From the NCBI GenBank assembly GCA_002633005.1, contig NMRA01000054.1, positions 125,492 to 189,491 on the forward strand: DNA of 64,000 nt, read 5' to 3'. The notes below the pieces were generated by a model. That model made no database searches, was not told the origin of the DNA, and was given only the letters and a program-made list of their open reading frames with translations. Each line of letters begins with the position of its first letter. Positions within the stretch are counted from its first letter, which is position 1. The position numbers and the translations under genes are program-made. This document shows positions 37,201-49,654 of this stretch, one piece after another. The DNA is from Phoronis australis. Its lineage: Eukaryota > Animalia > Phoronida.

Positions 37201-38478
37201 CCTCAGTTCGGTTCTAAGTACATGCTAATAAAGCACAAAAATAGTTCCAGGTGATCAATGCAATGGGCCCACATGTGCGCCCTGCACACGTGTACACGTT
37301 GTACCAGACCGCCTGAAAATTTAATCCCAAAGACCAAGCGCTAGGGTACTGTGAAGGGAAACGGATGTGTAGCAGCTTTAAAGATATGTTCACGTCAATA
37401 TCCTCCATGGTATGAAATGCGCTGTAGATTTACACACGGTGTTACGATATATAATTATCCAACACCCAGAACCTAATGTTTCTTTGTCTAGTATGTAGAT
37501 TTGCACTCAGCAGCGAATAGAGGTTTCTTTTCAACTTATAATTATTCATTTTGAAACGTCATGCATTTTTTTCATTAGCAATCTTGGCCTCTCGAGTTTA
37601 CTAGAAAAATAGGGGATCAGACAAATGTTTGATCAAACAACGTCACATACAAATTTGCAATTTGACCTTCTCAAGAAGCCTGCTAATTTCCTTGTACCTG
37701 TTTATCACTAGATGAAGAATAAGTTATGTTGGAGGGATTGTGAAAAATCGAATAAACTAAGACATTTTGTTTAATAATTTCAATTTTGCCGTTTTATCAC
37801 GACTTAAATAACACATAATTTCTAATTATTTGTGTTATTTCTAGTAGTATTACGTTATTTTGAAATTTTATGTCACGCGCAATCATTTAACCCTATAATA
37901 ACAAAAACTTAAGGCAAAATCAACATTTCATTTTGATTAATATTGGTCAATGTCGTATAGCGACGACTTCTTTGCGGCTTTTTGGGAAACTGCGCAGAAC
38001 TCCTTCAAATGAACCATTGACTTACCTAGGTCATAAAACACTTAAACAGGATATGGAAACACACTCACAAATTTAATTTATCTAGAAACAAAATTACAAT
38101 AAATGTGCTGAGTTCTTCTAAAAACAAAATATTTGTGATGGGAAACATACCACGAGTCACATTTAGGCGTCCGTCAACAGCCCTCGTTTTACTGCCACCT
38201 TCCACCCAAGAATTTCCGTCGATCTTCGCACTTTTATGCTGTATAGGTCATGTAACACAGACATGTTTGTGGACTCACGCACACAAACACGTGGGCAACT
38301 ACAGACTCACACTCATTTGCTCACCTAACACTTACCTTGAATAGTACATCAAAAATAGTATAGTAGTCACAAAGAATTATTATTCGAGAGTATTTGTAGT
38401 TTCATTCGGAACACATCTGGAATTTTCATAACCTCAAATTTACCCTCATATCTGAAAGTTATCTCCGTATGTGCAAAT

Positions 38479-41395
38479 GGGGCTATTCGGAAAATTTACA
38501 ATAACTAGAGGGCGCGCGTGTACTAGTGGTGATAGATTAACAGCCTCGAATTCGCGAGCCCTTTAAATACATGTTGAAATGGCTTGTAGGCGTGCCAACT
38601 GAATCTGAGATTGCGTGAAAAGGGTGCTTCTATGAGAGAAAGTAAGCACGTTCTTATACAAAGGTAAGGTTTGTGATTATTTTAACGATTATTCCATGTT
38701 TATTCTACTGATGCCCGTTTTAACAGGCGAGTATCTCAGTTAAAACTGAGATACTCGCCGATGTCGACTTCGCGGCAGTCGCCAGTCGGGTTAATCTTTG
38801 TTTGTTGTAATGCGTGTTACAATACTTGACGTCACTCGGGATCTTTTCGTACATCAAAGCTGTAGGCCTATTATTGTTTGGAATGATTTCTAACAGGTTT
38901 ATCAGTGACAGTTACATCAATGAATGCTGAATGTTTAACTCGATATTGGTTAGTGAGATAACAATCCAAGCCCAATGCCATGGCAAAGGGTACGTAAACA
39001 TACATTAGACTATTTGTTTACTCCCTATACTATGTCTTCCTGAAATTTATCACACGTTGAAATGAAAATCTATCATGTCTGTTTTCACGTGACCCTTGGT
39101 TTTTAGGTTTGAGGGCTTGTACCGTGCAGAGATATGCATCGCTTCTGCATCGATCCTGAATGGACAAAAAATGGTTTTAAGCAATTGACTGCAGCTAACC
39201 AGCAAGATCTTCTCATCCAGTGTAGATCTGTTTTTAAAGCCTACTTTCTTCATCAGAGACAACGAACGAGCTTTGTTACTCCTTTCTATTCCCACAGCAT
39301 TTCCACACAACATAAGTGCTGCATGGTGCAACGTACATGTCAGTGGCCCTGGTAAAATGTGAATCGCAGTACGAAGTTACCTTAATACAACGTGTTGTTT
39401 GTGTATGAAGAGGAACTATGACTGACTGCTACACATGTCAGCCTTGTTGGTGAGGATGCCCTTTCATAGGCAATAAGTCAAGTGTGGACAATAGCTTATT
39501 TCCTTTCCTGGAAGAAACATGCTGGATTGAAGCTAAAGAAGACGTAGTAACACTCTGGTCTACTTCAGGGTCAGATTTTGGGCACAAAACGTGTCAAGTG
39601 ATATGCTGTTGTGTTTACGTTCAAGGGTCTAATGGAGGCTGAATGAGGTTACCTGGAGGAAAGCCACGTGCCGAAACTGGAGCTTTTTTACAAGCGCTTC
39701 TATAGGCTATTGAAACTAGATCTCTGGGAAACGAAAACCAAAAGCGACTGGTATAAATACCTGTCCTTTCTCACTGAGTGACATTAACTTTTCCTTTCAG
39801 AAGAAAGACTTTATACTAATGGTAAAAACTTTTCAATTTGGTACACATTATGGGGAAATGACATTCAGTGACTGCATCGATTGTCTTATTGTCAGTAGAA
39901 AGCCAATTAATGTTACACTTTGTTGATCGAATAAATTTTTCAACAACAGGCAAGTTTGTCACTAATTATTGAAACCACAATATTTCCTCAGTTTTAAAGC
40001 CCCATACAGTGCAGTTGTGCTTATTCTTTATAAAGCTGAAATGATTAGCGATTACGCTTGCGAATTGTCGTTTTCCTGTTGACCTCTAGAAATGTGCTGC
40101 GATCAAAATGAAGTATTCCCTTTGTTTGCATTTGATTTGTTTGTGCGTGTAATTATTTTTAGAGCTTTCTTAACAAGGCCTTTGAACACTTTTAAGTTTC
40201 GTGTTAACTTGTCCACAACAAAAGTTCCACATGCAAGAAAAATACATAAAGAAACAACATTGTTAAAAACAATTGTAATTTTCCCACGCAATGGAGTCCA
40301 TAATCAGGCATATCAAGGGCTGAATTTCTGAATTAGGTTCAATTCTCTCAGGTTATTGCTGAAGGATTGCTTTTCACTTTGTCCAAAGGCAAAATAGACG
40401 GTCAGGCGGCTGGTTTCAGTCGTTTTCTCTCACCTGTAACAGAATAGTCAGAGAAATATTAGAATATTATAAAAGAAAACACAAGACAAAACTACTTTAG
40501 TAAGGCAGAACATACTTCACGTTTCATCTTCATGTTTATATGTAGAAAATAACCAAAGTCAACCTTAAGATCTGAATTTAACTATGTGAAACAGGCTAAA
40601 AGTTATTTAATAATTTGTATTTTTAACGACATCTGAAATGTGCATCTGACCTCAACAAGTTAAATTCATTCTAGGTGTGAATTTTCATTCCAATGCAATG
40701 TTATGACGTTTACTGAATAGCTTATTCATGTTAATTCGGTAATTAATCTGGTAGTCCTGGGGGTGGGGTCCGCTATAAAATAAGGAAACTCTCTCATCTA
40801 GAGAATTTTATTGTATATAGCCTAACTTTGAAGAGAAACTGCTGTGAAAAAGTAACCCTTGACTTCTGAGCGTCACGTACCATACACCTCTTAAATTGGG
40901 CGCATTCCCGCCCCTGGAGGACAATACGTGAATATGTGCTGCTAGCCCCCACCCGGCATCCGAGTCCTGGATGAGTTTCCGAAAAGAAACGCTTAGTTCC
41001 ACTCAATAAACCCGTTATTCAGTGGGGTAACTAGTGAGGATAGCATCACCAAACGATGTCGATAGAAACTTGATTGCTAAAAACTTACGGGCAAGTAACG
41101 TTATGTAGTCTCCCAAGGAGGCTTCGGCATCCACACACTTTTTGTCAGTTGGTTGACCCTTTTGACCGCAATGCTCCACGAGTGTAGTAGCCTTAGGTCT
41201 TTTTTAGGTAATTTGTGACCACCTGTCGAAGACTTGCACCAGGGAAAATGGCAATAATAAGGCTTTGCGCGACGACGTATTTTGATAACAATTCGTCTTT
41301 TTACCAGCTGTTTACATGCAGACAGCGACGCATGCGCAATTCAATCACCACTAGTACAGCAGCGACACCGCGAGGAGAATTCTCCGAATAGCCCC
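38479..41395. mobile_element. Degenerate ISL2EU-like DNA transposon, 2.9 kb
   Basis: TIR ggggctattcgga / tccgaatagcccc plus a second inverted block tgtactagtggtgat / atcaccactagtaca. AT lies on both flanks. There are weak YqaJ-like remnants on the minus strand (~40840-40920). Confidence 0.65.
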
Positions 41396-42510
41396 ATTTT
41401 AGCCATAGGGTAAACCATTATCCACCTTGAAAGTCACATGCTTTGCCGTGTTTCTGAAACACCGCAAGTGCGCAGATAATATTCTCCTCCGAAGGAAATT
41501 TGAGGCTACGAATATGTTCCAAATAATGTGAACGGTTAATAACAGAGTCATTTAATGCTGAAGATATTCACCAATTTGCGTATGACGTTATCGTCTACAA
41601 GAAACATCCATAAACATAATACTAGGCCCAAGGTAGAACTTACGTACTCAAAACGCTCGTAAAATTTGCCAGTTGCATCGCGCGCGTCGAATGAACTTTC
41701 ACAACTGTGACATGAGTTGATAAGTTGATTCCGAGTCTGAATAGTCTATGAGTTCGGAGATTAGACCCATTTTAACGCTTTTAGTGCCAAAACCATTAAA
41801 AAATGGATTTGCTTAGGAGTGGTGGTAATCGAAATGCTTTAATAATCGAACTGGAAACTCCGAGGCTTGATTTTGAATCAGTTTTGAGTGACATTGTCAA
41901 TGAATACTGACAAGGCTGCTCGATAGGCGGGATTCGTTAATCGACATTCTAAGAATGAGACTTGACCAAAACACTTCTGTTTCCCTATTCGAACAACAGA
42001 TGGGAAACTACGCTACCAGGGAAATGATTTGGTGGCAGCCGAGGAGACTTGACTCCGTTTATGTGACTTTAACAAAGCAATACCAGACGAAGAGTCGAGT
42101 GCGGCCGAGGATGATTTGCCTCATTTACGTAAATTTGAACATTTTGGGAGGTCGCACAATAGATTTCATCATGAGCCCCATTGCTTCCATATGAATGTGT
42201 TGTTAGAAATCAGCGCGTTGATATGGTATGAGCAATAATTATTAATTTTTTCAAATTTGATGGGATCAATACATGAAGTGTAAAAAACTAACAATATTTA
42301 CTCATATAAATGCTAACAGTTTAAAATCGTCACATTGGTATTGGTTTCGAGGAAGAGTTAGTGTTTCAAATATTTCTCAAAGAACGTTTAAACCCCTTTT
42401 TTCATGATGCTATAAAGGGGATTTTTTACTACATTTCTGTCAAAATTACAAAAATGCACCAAATTAATTGCATGGGAAATGATAATAGTTCGCAGAAATA
42501 GTTGGCCTAC

Positions 42511-43968
42511 CTTGCTCAACACCTGTAGTAGTTCTTCTAGCCCACGAAAGAGATGTCAATTCCTTACCGGTTGTACTAGCAAAAGAGAGAAATTTGGTAG
42601 TGGTTCTTTTTGTAGCGAGATGTGAACCAAAGAAAGCTGTACTAGCCGCTCTTGTGGAAACAGCGTTAGACGTTGAAAACAAAGTCAAATCAGACGTAGA
42701 ATGAGAAATAGAGCTACTACCGGTTGTCGATGAAGCTGCAGACATCATAGTTGGAGAGGTCGATGTCATGAAAGGCGAATCTTTGTCAGTAGATGTTGTC
42801 ACTGAATTCTCAGCAGTTGACAAAGAAATTGCTGTAGTGGAACGACCTCTCCAAAGAACATCAGCAATATAACTAGTTGACATTTTTGTTGTACTTGCTG
42901 CTGTCGTCACGCCCGATACAGTGAAAACAATTTCAGAAGTGGTCGCTGCAGCTGAAGCAGTTGCAGCAGGTTTTAAAAGAGAACTTGCAGACACTTCACT
43001 GGCGAATGTGGTCGGTGTTGTCGTGGTAATGGTCCATGTCGTAGCAGAGCTTTTAAAATCGTCAGCTGTAGAAATAGATGAAGCACTTGTCGCGGTCCTA
43101 AGGGTTGTGTACGAAGACCTTTTGGACGTGTCATTTGAGGTCGTGATGGAGGTTGAAGTGACAGTTGATATTGCGGATCTAGATGGCGCAGTTGTTACGG
43201 TCGCAATGTTAGTGAAAAAAGATCTCGTAAATGTTTTACTGGAGTTAGTGATCAACCCTGTAGTGACGGCTGATGATGACGCCGCAGCAGATCTGTTAGA
43301 GTCCGTGGTTAAAAAAGTAGGTGGCGCACTTGTCGCGGTCGTAATAATGGTGAAGGAAGGTCTTGTAGATGCTGTAGTGGCGGCTGGCATTTTTGCAACT
43401 GAGCTTGTAAAACCACCTTTTGCAGAAGAAAATGATGAATTTGTCTCGGCCGTAAGAGTAGTAAATGGAAGTTTAGTAGACGCTTCACTAGAGGCCGTGG
43501 TCGACGCTGTAGCAGCGGCTGGTGTTTTCGCAACAGACATTGTAGAATCCCCTACTGTAGAAAGAGATGATACAGTTGTCGTGGTCGTAATGGTAGTGAA
43601 TGGAAATGGTGCCGACGATTCACTTGAGGTCTTGTTCGGCGCTCTAATGACGTTATTGGACCATGTTGTCGTAGAACTTCTGATGGGTGCAGTTGTTGTT
43701 GCCGTGATTATCGTGAGGAAATTAGAGGAGGTTCCACCTGAAGCTGTGGCCGACATTGTGGTGGTGACTATTGAATCTGGCGAAACACTGGTCGGAGTTA
43801 TACTCAGTGTTCGGATAGTAGTAAAGGGATAATTCGTAGACACTTTGGCGGAGCTCGAAGTGGACACAGCTCTAGATACATGTACAACACCTCTCAGCTC
43901 ATAAAGTTGGTAGCGTTCATTACCGCCACAATAGAGGCTTGAGTCGTCTTGGCATATTTTGTTGCAAT
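42511..43968 (-). CDS. Exon encoding the C-terminal half of a WSC domain + ~450-aa Ser/Thr mucin; gene incomplete or pseudogenising
   Basis: aaccaacag acceptor, then DCNKICQDDSSLYCGGNERYQLY in frame with ORF 42464-43867. Donor G|gtaggc at 42511 (1458 nt, phase 1-1), or read-through to the stop at 42464. Confidence 0.75.
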
Positions 43969-46736
43969 CTGTTGGTTAGAATTGAAGCTACATAGATAAG
44001 CAATTGTTTCAGTTCTTTCAAAACGGATATATTCACATAATTTATTGCTTACCGCTTAACATTTTAAAATTAGTTTCAACCTATTTTTCAGATTAGTTGT
44101 GATTTTTTGGCTTAGAAAGAATTGGTATTTGCTTAAAACAATACATTGGCTTGGCCATCTTGGTCATTGCATGCACCAAGCATTGACCATAGCATTCTAT
44201 ATTTTTCCTTCCCAACCGCTTTAGATTTTGAATCCACCGTTAACATAAAACGTCGTATGCCCTGTTTTCAAACTGAGCAACATATAAAGTTACAACGTTG
44301 AATCGGTAACAGGGATGAAAAGGGTTTTCATGATATCTCATGATAATGAAAGAAAAAAACATTTATTATTTGAAATCGAGTTGATTTGAGAAGCAAATGT
44401 TTCCACCCGTATTTCAAATATCTTAATCACTGCGCCAGGTTGTTCAGGCTTTAGAATGGGGTTGCACCTAGACAACACTGAGTTGCAGCTCTTGATCCCT
44501 GTTCGAGTTGGGGCGCATGGTTTCACTCCAGCCATCTTACTTCTGTGGGACACTGGTGTTCTTCTCTTGAAGATGCTTCAACGTTGTCTACATTAAAACC
44601 AGGCACCTCAATCTGAATAGTTATCAACGAATGCAACTCGCTTTCGTGCACGACCTCGTTCTACAACCATGTTATTCTGACGCGGTAATGCCAATCAATG
44701 ATAAAGGCCCCCAGAGTGAGGGTGGAAACATTTGACTACCAAACCAACATACACCCATTCTAATAAGAAACTTACCTTCGCTCAGTCCTAAAGTTCTATT
44801 TTGTGGAAGAACCAATAAAAGTTGAGAGTATTTTATCCGTCGAATTAACTAAGAATTTATTTCGATTTTTTCCGATTTCAAAAGCATAGAATAAAAGCTC
44901 GTTATAGTCATTTACAGGGGCACTTTGAGAACCACTGAAAAACAAGCATCAAACTTGAACTCAAAATTTGGGCCTAGTTTGTTGCGAGAAAGTCGGGGTC
45001 TAGCAAGACCTCACAAAATTGCGTGAGTGGAAGGCGAGGTTTTTGCGAGTGTTCTTGTGAGCTTACCATCTTATCTTGGCAAAACGGCGGCTACTGAATG
45101 GATTGGCTGGATTGCGTAATAATTGCACAAGGCTAGACGATATATAATTTAATAAATGACGCCAAGAGCATTGAGTAAATATAAGGGTGTGCATCACAAT
45201 CATAGTTTACACTTACTTAGACGTTAGAATGTCCACGATCTGTCACCACGCAGATTAGTCTCCACCTGCCAAGGTTTCAGTCGCCCAACGATGCAACTTC
45301 CAGTTTACCAGTGTTACTGTGTTGAACACTCGATGTTGATACGCGGTTCTCCCCCTCGCCCTCCACCTTTTCGCACCCCTTCTCTCAAAAACCAGTAGTA
45401 TATTGGTAAGACCCACTAACTTTAATGTTAATATAACGTAAATCGTCATTATGAATGCTGGACAACGACAGTTATTTGACAAAGATTCGAAAACGGGATC
45501 ACGTTTATTTTGATTACTTACTGTTATCGTTTTTCTTTTGACCGTGAACTTCAAGAATGCATAAGCATTCTACCCTTTCTTGTGCTCCGTACGGGTAGCC
45601 ACTGCAAATATTGTTGAGACAGTCATTCAACGAGGTCACAGTCATAGATTGAACATGGCTGTCTGGTTGATTCTGTTTTATTCCGTTGTCATAACAACCG
45701 AGGTAATCATGCGGCGGGAAATCTACAAATTAAGAGCATGAATGAATTTGTAGTTGATGCAAATTATTTGAAAACAAAAAATTGATATACTTTTAGGTCA
45801 AAATCATGTTTTAAACACTCGCACACCGAAGTGGAGAGAAATGAGAGCACGCAAACTAACTAAAATACAAATTCTTATTTATATTGATCATACCTGTGGA
45901 TCCACCTTCAGAGCAACCGGCAATTATATAAACTGTAAAGAAATATAGATATTTGATAACAACGAGCAGGCAATGTGTTATTACAGTTGTCTCTACTGTC
46001 GGAATGACCACGATTACCCAGTGGTTTAATGGTCGGCTCTGGCTGAGTGAGTTGTCACAGGTTTCATTCCTGGTTGCAACGTGAACATGTTCCCAATACA
46101 CCATATTCAATGAGACTGCTGCTAGCTAGTTTAAAATCTATTAAAATCTACAAATGTGTGGACCCCTAACCAATGAACCAGTGTTTGGCTTTTTGTACGT
46201 AAATCCACGCTGCTAATTATCAATATTATCTGAAGGAAAAGAACAACGTTCATGAGTATTATTATGCAGGAGTGTATGCCTCCATCATACTATTTGAGAG
46301 TCCCTATAAAGTAATTTACGTACAACACAACGTCTGTAACGTCACAAACTTCAATACACGTCTTCTATTCATGTTGCTTATCCTTTGAAACAAGACGATT
46401 CTGTGCCTTCTTATTAATTGCAATGTACTGTAAATCTAAAAGGCGTGTTTAACTCAAACACACATGAGTGTTATGTTTCTGATAGCGTCCGTGGTCAAAT
46501 ATTTGAGCACATTAGCGTTATTAAGTACACAGGTGTTTTTTCATGTGTGATAAATGATATCTTAGTATTTGCTACCAAATGAAATGCAATTAGTTATGTT
46601 TTAGAATGTTTTATGTGGTTCTCCCTTTTACTAGTTTATATCTATTTACATGTATATGTATTGAGTTATAATTTCTTGCATTGTTTCTTGTTAGTCAGTG
46701 TGTGCTTGATAGGCTTCGTGGGAGACTAGTGTGCCA

Positions 46737-47682
46737 CAGTACCAAGTATACAAAGGGTTCAACACAATCAAGGTTTTAAATAGTCTCAACTGGAGCAAAC
46801 TAGCAACCCGTCGTAAACTCCATCTGTCCATGTATACATCCAACGTCTTAACCAACATAAACAATTATTCAAACAAAATCCTCTTTGACTCCTGCAAAAG
46901 ACCTAACACGAGACCAGGACTGCGGCAAAATAATATGCACACTATTCCATCTTCCCTCAGCGAATCCTTCAGGAGATCTATGATATTAACTTGTATTGAC
47001 AACTGGAATTCCTTACCATCCAAAATAAAAGAAAGCACTTCAGTCGTCGCTCTCAAAAATAACTTTAAAATGCACACCACTACTCAAGACTTGCCAGTCC
47101 CTTTGGCATCATTCCAACTTCCTCGCAACCATGAAATAATCCTATACAGATCAAGATGCGGTCTTTTCCTAAACAACGAGAAATTTAGACATAATTTTAA
47201 TACTATTTCGCCTCTGTGTTGCTGTGGAGACGCACACACAAATGCTCATGTTTTCTTTGCTTGTGAGGTATGCAAGGAGCAGAGGGTACAGCTTTTTCAG
47301 ACATCCCAACAATACCTCAATATTTACAAAAAAAAAATATTCTGAAATTCAGCAATTGTACAACAAAATTTTTAATATTTTTTTTCTACGTGGATGTCAA
47401 GAACTCAACCCAAATGAAGTAGTATTAAAATTTCTTCATAATATTAAATGTCTTTGTTTGAGTGGATAGAATTGTATACATGTGTATGAAATGTTTTATT
47501 TACATTCGTAATCACATGTCATTGTAATCTTAAAATTACTTTTTTTAAATTTATGTATCTGTGTACCATAATTGTATATAGGTTTCTTTGTATTTTTAAC
47601 CCAGATATAATGCCTCTTGGCGCTTTCTGGGATATGTATATTCATTGTATTGAAGATTTGATAATAAACATTAATAAAAAAG
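46737..47682 (+). mobile_element. 5'-truncated LINE (CR1/L2 group) 3' end
   Basis: ORF2 C-terminus LNWSKLATRRKLHL...WNSLP...CCCGDAHTNAHVFFAC, AATAAA and an A tail. Perfect 13-bp TSD GACTAGTGTGCCA at 46724-46736 and 47683-47695. Confidence 0.9.
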
Positions 47683-48197
47683 GACTAGTGTGCCATCTTT
47701 TTAACTTGTGCTCAAGAGTTGCATGAGAATGTAGTAACAAGGCGAAGCACATGATAACAAGCTACTGCCGCGATGATGCATATAATATGGAATAAATAGG
47801 TTATCCTATATACTACTGCCATATTGTATTTCGAATTCATTTTATCTCGGAATGTCCCAACGAGGCCGAATCTCAGTTCAAGTGACGCCAATGAACAATA
47901 TATCCAAATATGACATACCTGATCGACGGCATACTCCTAGGGTCATAATTATTACATTAAAAGCGAACCCAAGACGTGAGAGTTAAAAACGTGCGTGCAA
48001 TACAAAGAGTCCTAAACATTTTATGTTAGTATTATTTACGTTCCACAAAACCATTTCTATAAGTCTTCGATCCCACACGTACAAAGTTCACCAGGTGTTT
48101 CTTTTGACATCTCTGTCACTCGGGAGAAACAAAATACCCTCCGTGATACGCAATCACGTCCGGTGACCCTTTAAAGGATGATGTCACAAACGTATGT

Positions 48198-48203
48198 TAT
48201 AAA
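48198..48203 (+). promoter_or_regulatory. Candidate TATA box of the SUEL-CUB gene
   Basis: TATAAA 117 bp upstream of the ATG. Supported by position only. Confidence 0.4.
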
Positions 48204-48314
48204 GCTCACTGCCAAAACCAGAAAGTGACAGTAAATAAGACATGAATTAAATGCTCACATAGTTCACAACTTCATTCTTTTTACTGTATCTATACCAAGT
48301 AACCCTTTCTTAGA

Positions 48315-48369
48315 ATGATGCTGCCACAAGCATGCTGCGCCTTAGTGTGGCTGACCTTCCTGGCAAAAG
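48315..48369 (+). CDS. Exon 1: signal peptide MMLPQACCALVWLTFLAK
   Basis: Strong AG|gtaagt donor, phase 1, matching exon 2. Confidence 0.7.
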
Positions 48370-49348
48370 GTAAGTTATCACTTTTCTTTATTAAAATTAT
48401 ATTTCGGTATTTGTCACTTAACAAGTAATTATGTGACTTCCAATGTCTGTTGTCTTGTTAAATGCACTCAAACAGTTTGAAATCCGAAAAACAGATGTTG
48501 ACGTCACGTGGTCATTGTTCTGTAGGATAGATCCGTTGGCGCTATTAGCTTTGACCAAAGCCGCAAAACAACAAATCTGGTTGCGTTATAGCGCTTTTAT
48601 GAAAAGTTGCCAATTTCCGACGTTAGCGTTCAATTAATTGGCTGGTACCCGCCGTGGAGACGTTGAACTTATCAGCTGTTTTTGTGCAATACAAAATGAC
48701 CGAGGGCACCGGCGGGGGCTGCTTATCAAAGCTAAAGCTGAGCACGTTTCACAGTTGCCTAACTAACCCAGATTAAGCACTTGGGGACAAAATGGTGCGC
48801 TGGACTTCCGTGCGAGACGAGATGAACTGTAAGACTGCGCTTGCTTGGCGTTGAGTCTTGCTAGTCCGCTGAGCTGTGTTGAATTGAGAACTATCGCCAT
48901 TTCCGTGTTGTATAGCCCAACAGTCTAGAGCGTATATCCGTTTTATCCGATTTACTTGGTTGAGTCCCTCGTACTCAGGAAACAAAACAGTAACAACAGC
49001 AACAGCAACACCAGCCCCTGCAACAACAGCAACAGAGTTCAACTCGGTTTTAAGTGACCTGCTGTAGAGTGAATGAAGTATAATTATATCTTGTTCGTAT
49101 ATCTATGCCTCCAGCACTTCATCTTTATGTTATAAATATATCAGAAATTTGCGAGACTTTCAACGGAAGGTTTTTGCATACGTTAACGTATTTACTGTTT
49201 TGTGTATCTAAGAGTTTATTTTATTCGACCCTTATCACCACATAGGTGTGGTATAAACAGGATATTTCCCTGGTAGTGTAAACGTGCTGTTTAGGGTTTA
49301 AAATCGAACACCTATACCAGAAAAACTAGCTCAGTAGCATTGCCTTAA

Positions 49349-49654
49349 AGGGACATTGTCAGCTAGAAAAATAATTTTACAGACAATAGTAGCTGCGCGG
49401 ATTCGAACCCGCGACCTCTGCATTAGAAGCTGAAAGCTCTGACGCGATGTCACATGCCAGCTTTAAAGAGCAAATAATTTTAAGCGGCCTTAATTTCAGC
49501 GGATGACTGGCAGACAACTGGGAGAATTAACGATTTATAATAAAATCATATAAATACAACGGATTTTGTTGTTGTTTCATAGCTCTGGTCAAACACTCCC
49601 CAAATAATTATTCCCGGAATTCCTTTGTCGGCTGTCTAAGCCGATCACGTCCCT
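49349..49654. mobile_element. Kolobok-like MITE, 306 bp, carrying a tRNA-like cassette
   Basis: TTAA TSD and imperfect TIR agggacattgtcagct / agccgatcacgtccct. Internal block caacgga..atagctctggtcaaa is shared with ~35565-35605 and ~58275-58312. Confidence 0.7.
49391..49462 (-). pseudogene. tRNA-like sequence with TCT (Arg) at the anticodon position
   Basis: agctg..cagct acceptor-like pairing, loop ttctaat and T-arm gcgggttcgaatccgc. The D-arm/A box is degenerate. Confidence 0.6.

Noticed and set aside
42921-43832. 303-aa Val/Ala-rich plus-strand ORF
   Set aside because: It is the antisense shadow of Thr/Ser codons. The minus frame has the WSC motif and splice sites.
45655-46240. Signal-peptide-like exon MAVWLILFYSVVITTE|gtaatc and downstream MNQCLAFC
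   Set aside because: No phase-compatible open exon was found. It may be a pseudogene remnant, but I cannot support it.
48985-49040. CAA/CAG-rich stretch as a poly-Gln exon
   Set aside because: Short, with nearby stops, and not needed for the gene model.
49391-49462. Functional tRNA-Arg gene (also 7646-7716)
   Set aside because: The D-arm and stems are imperfect and both lie inside MITEs, so they are treated as tRNA-derived.
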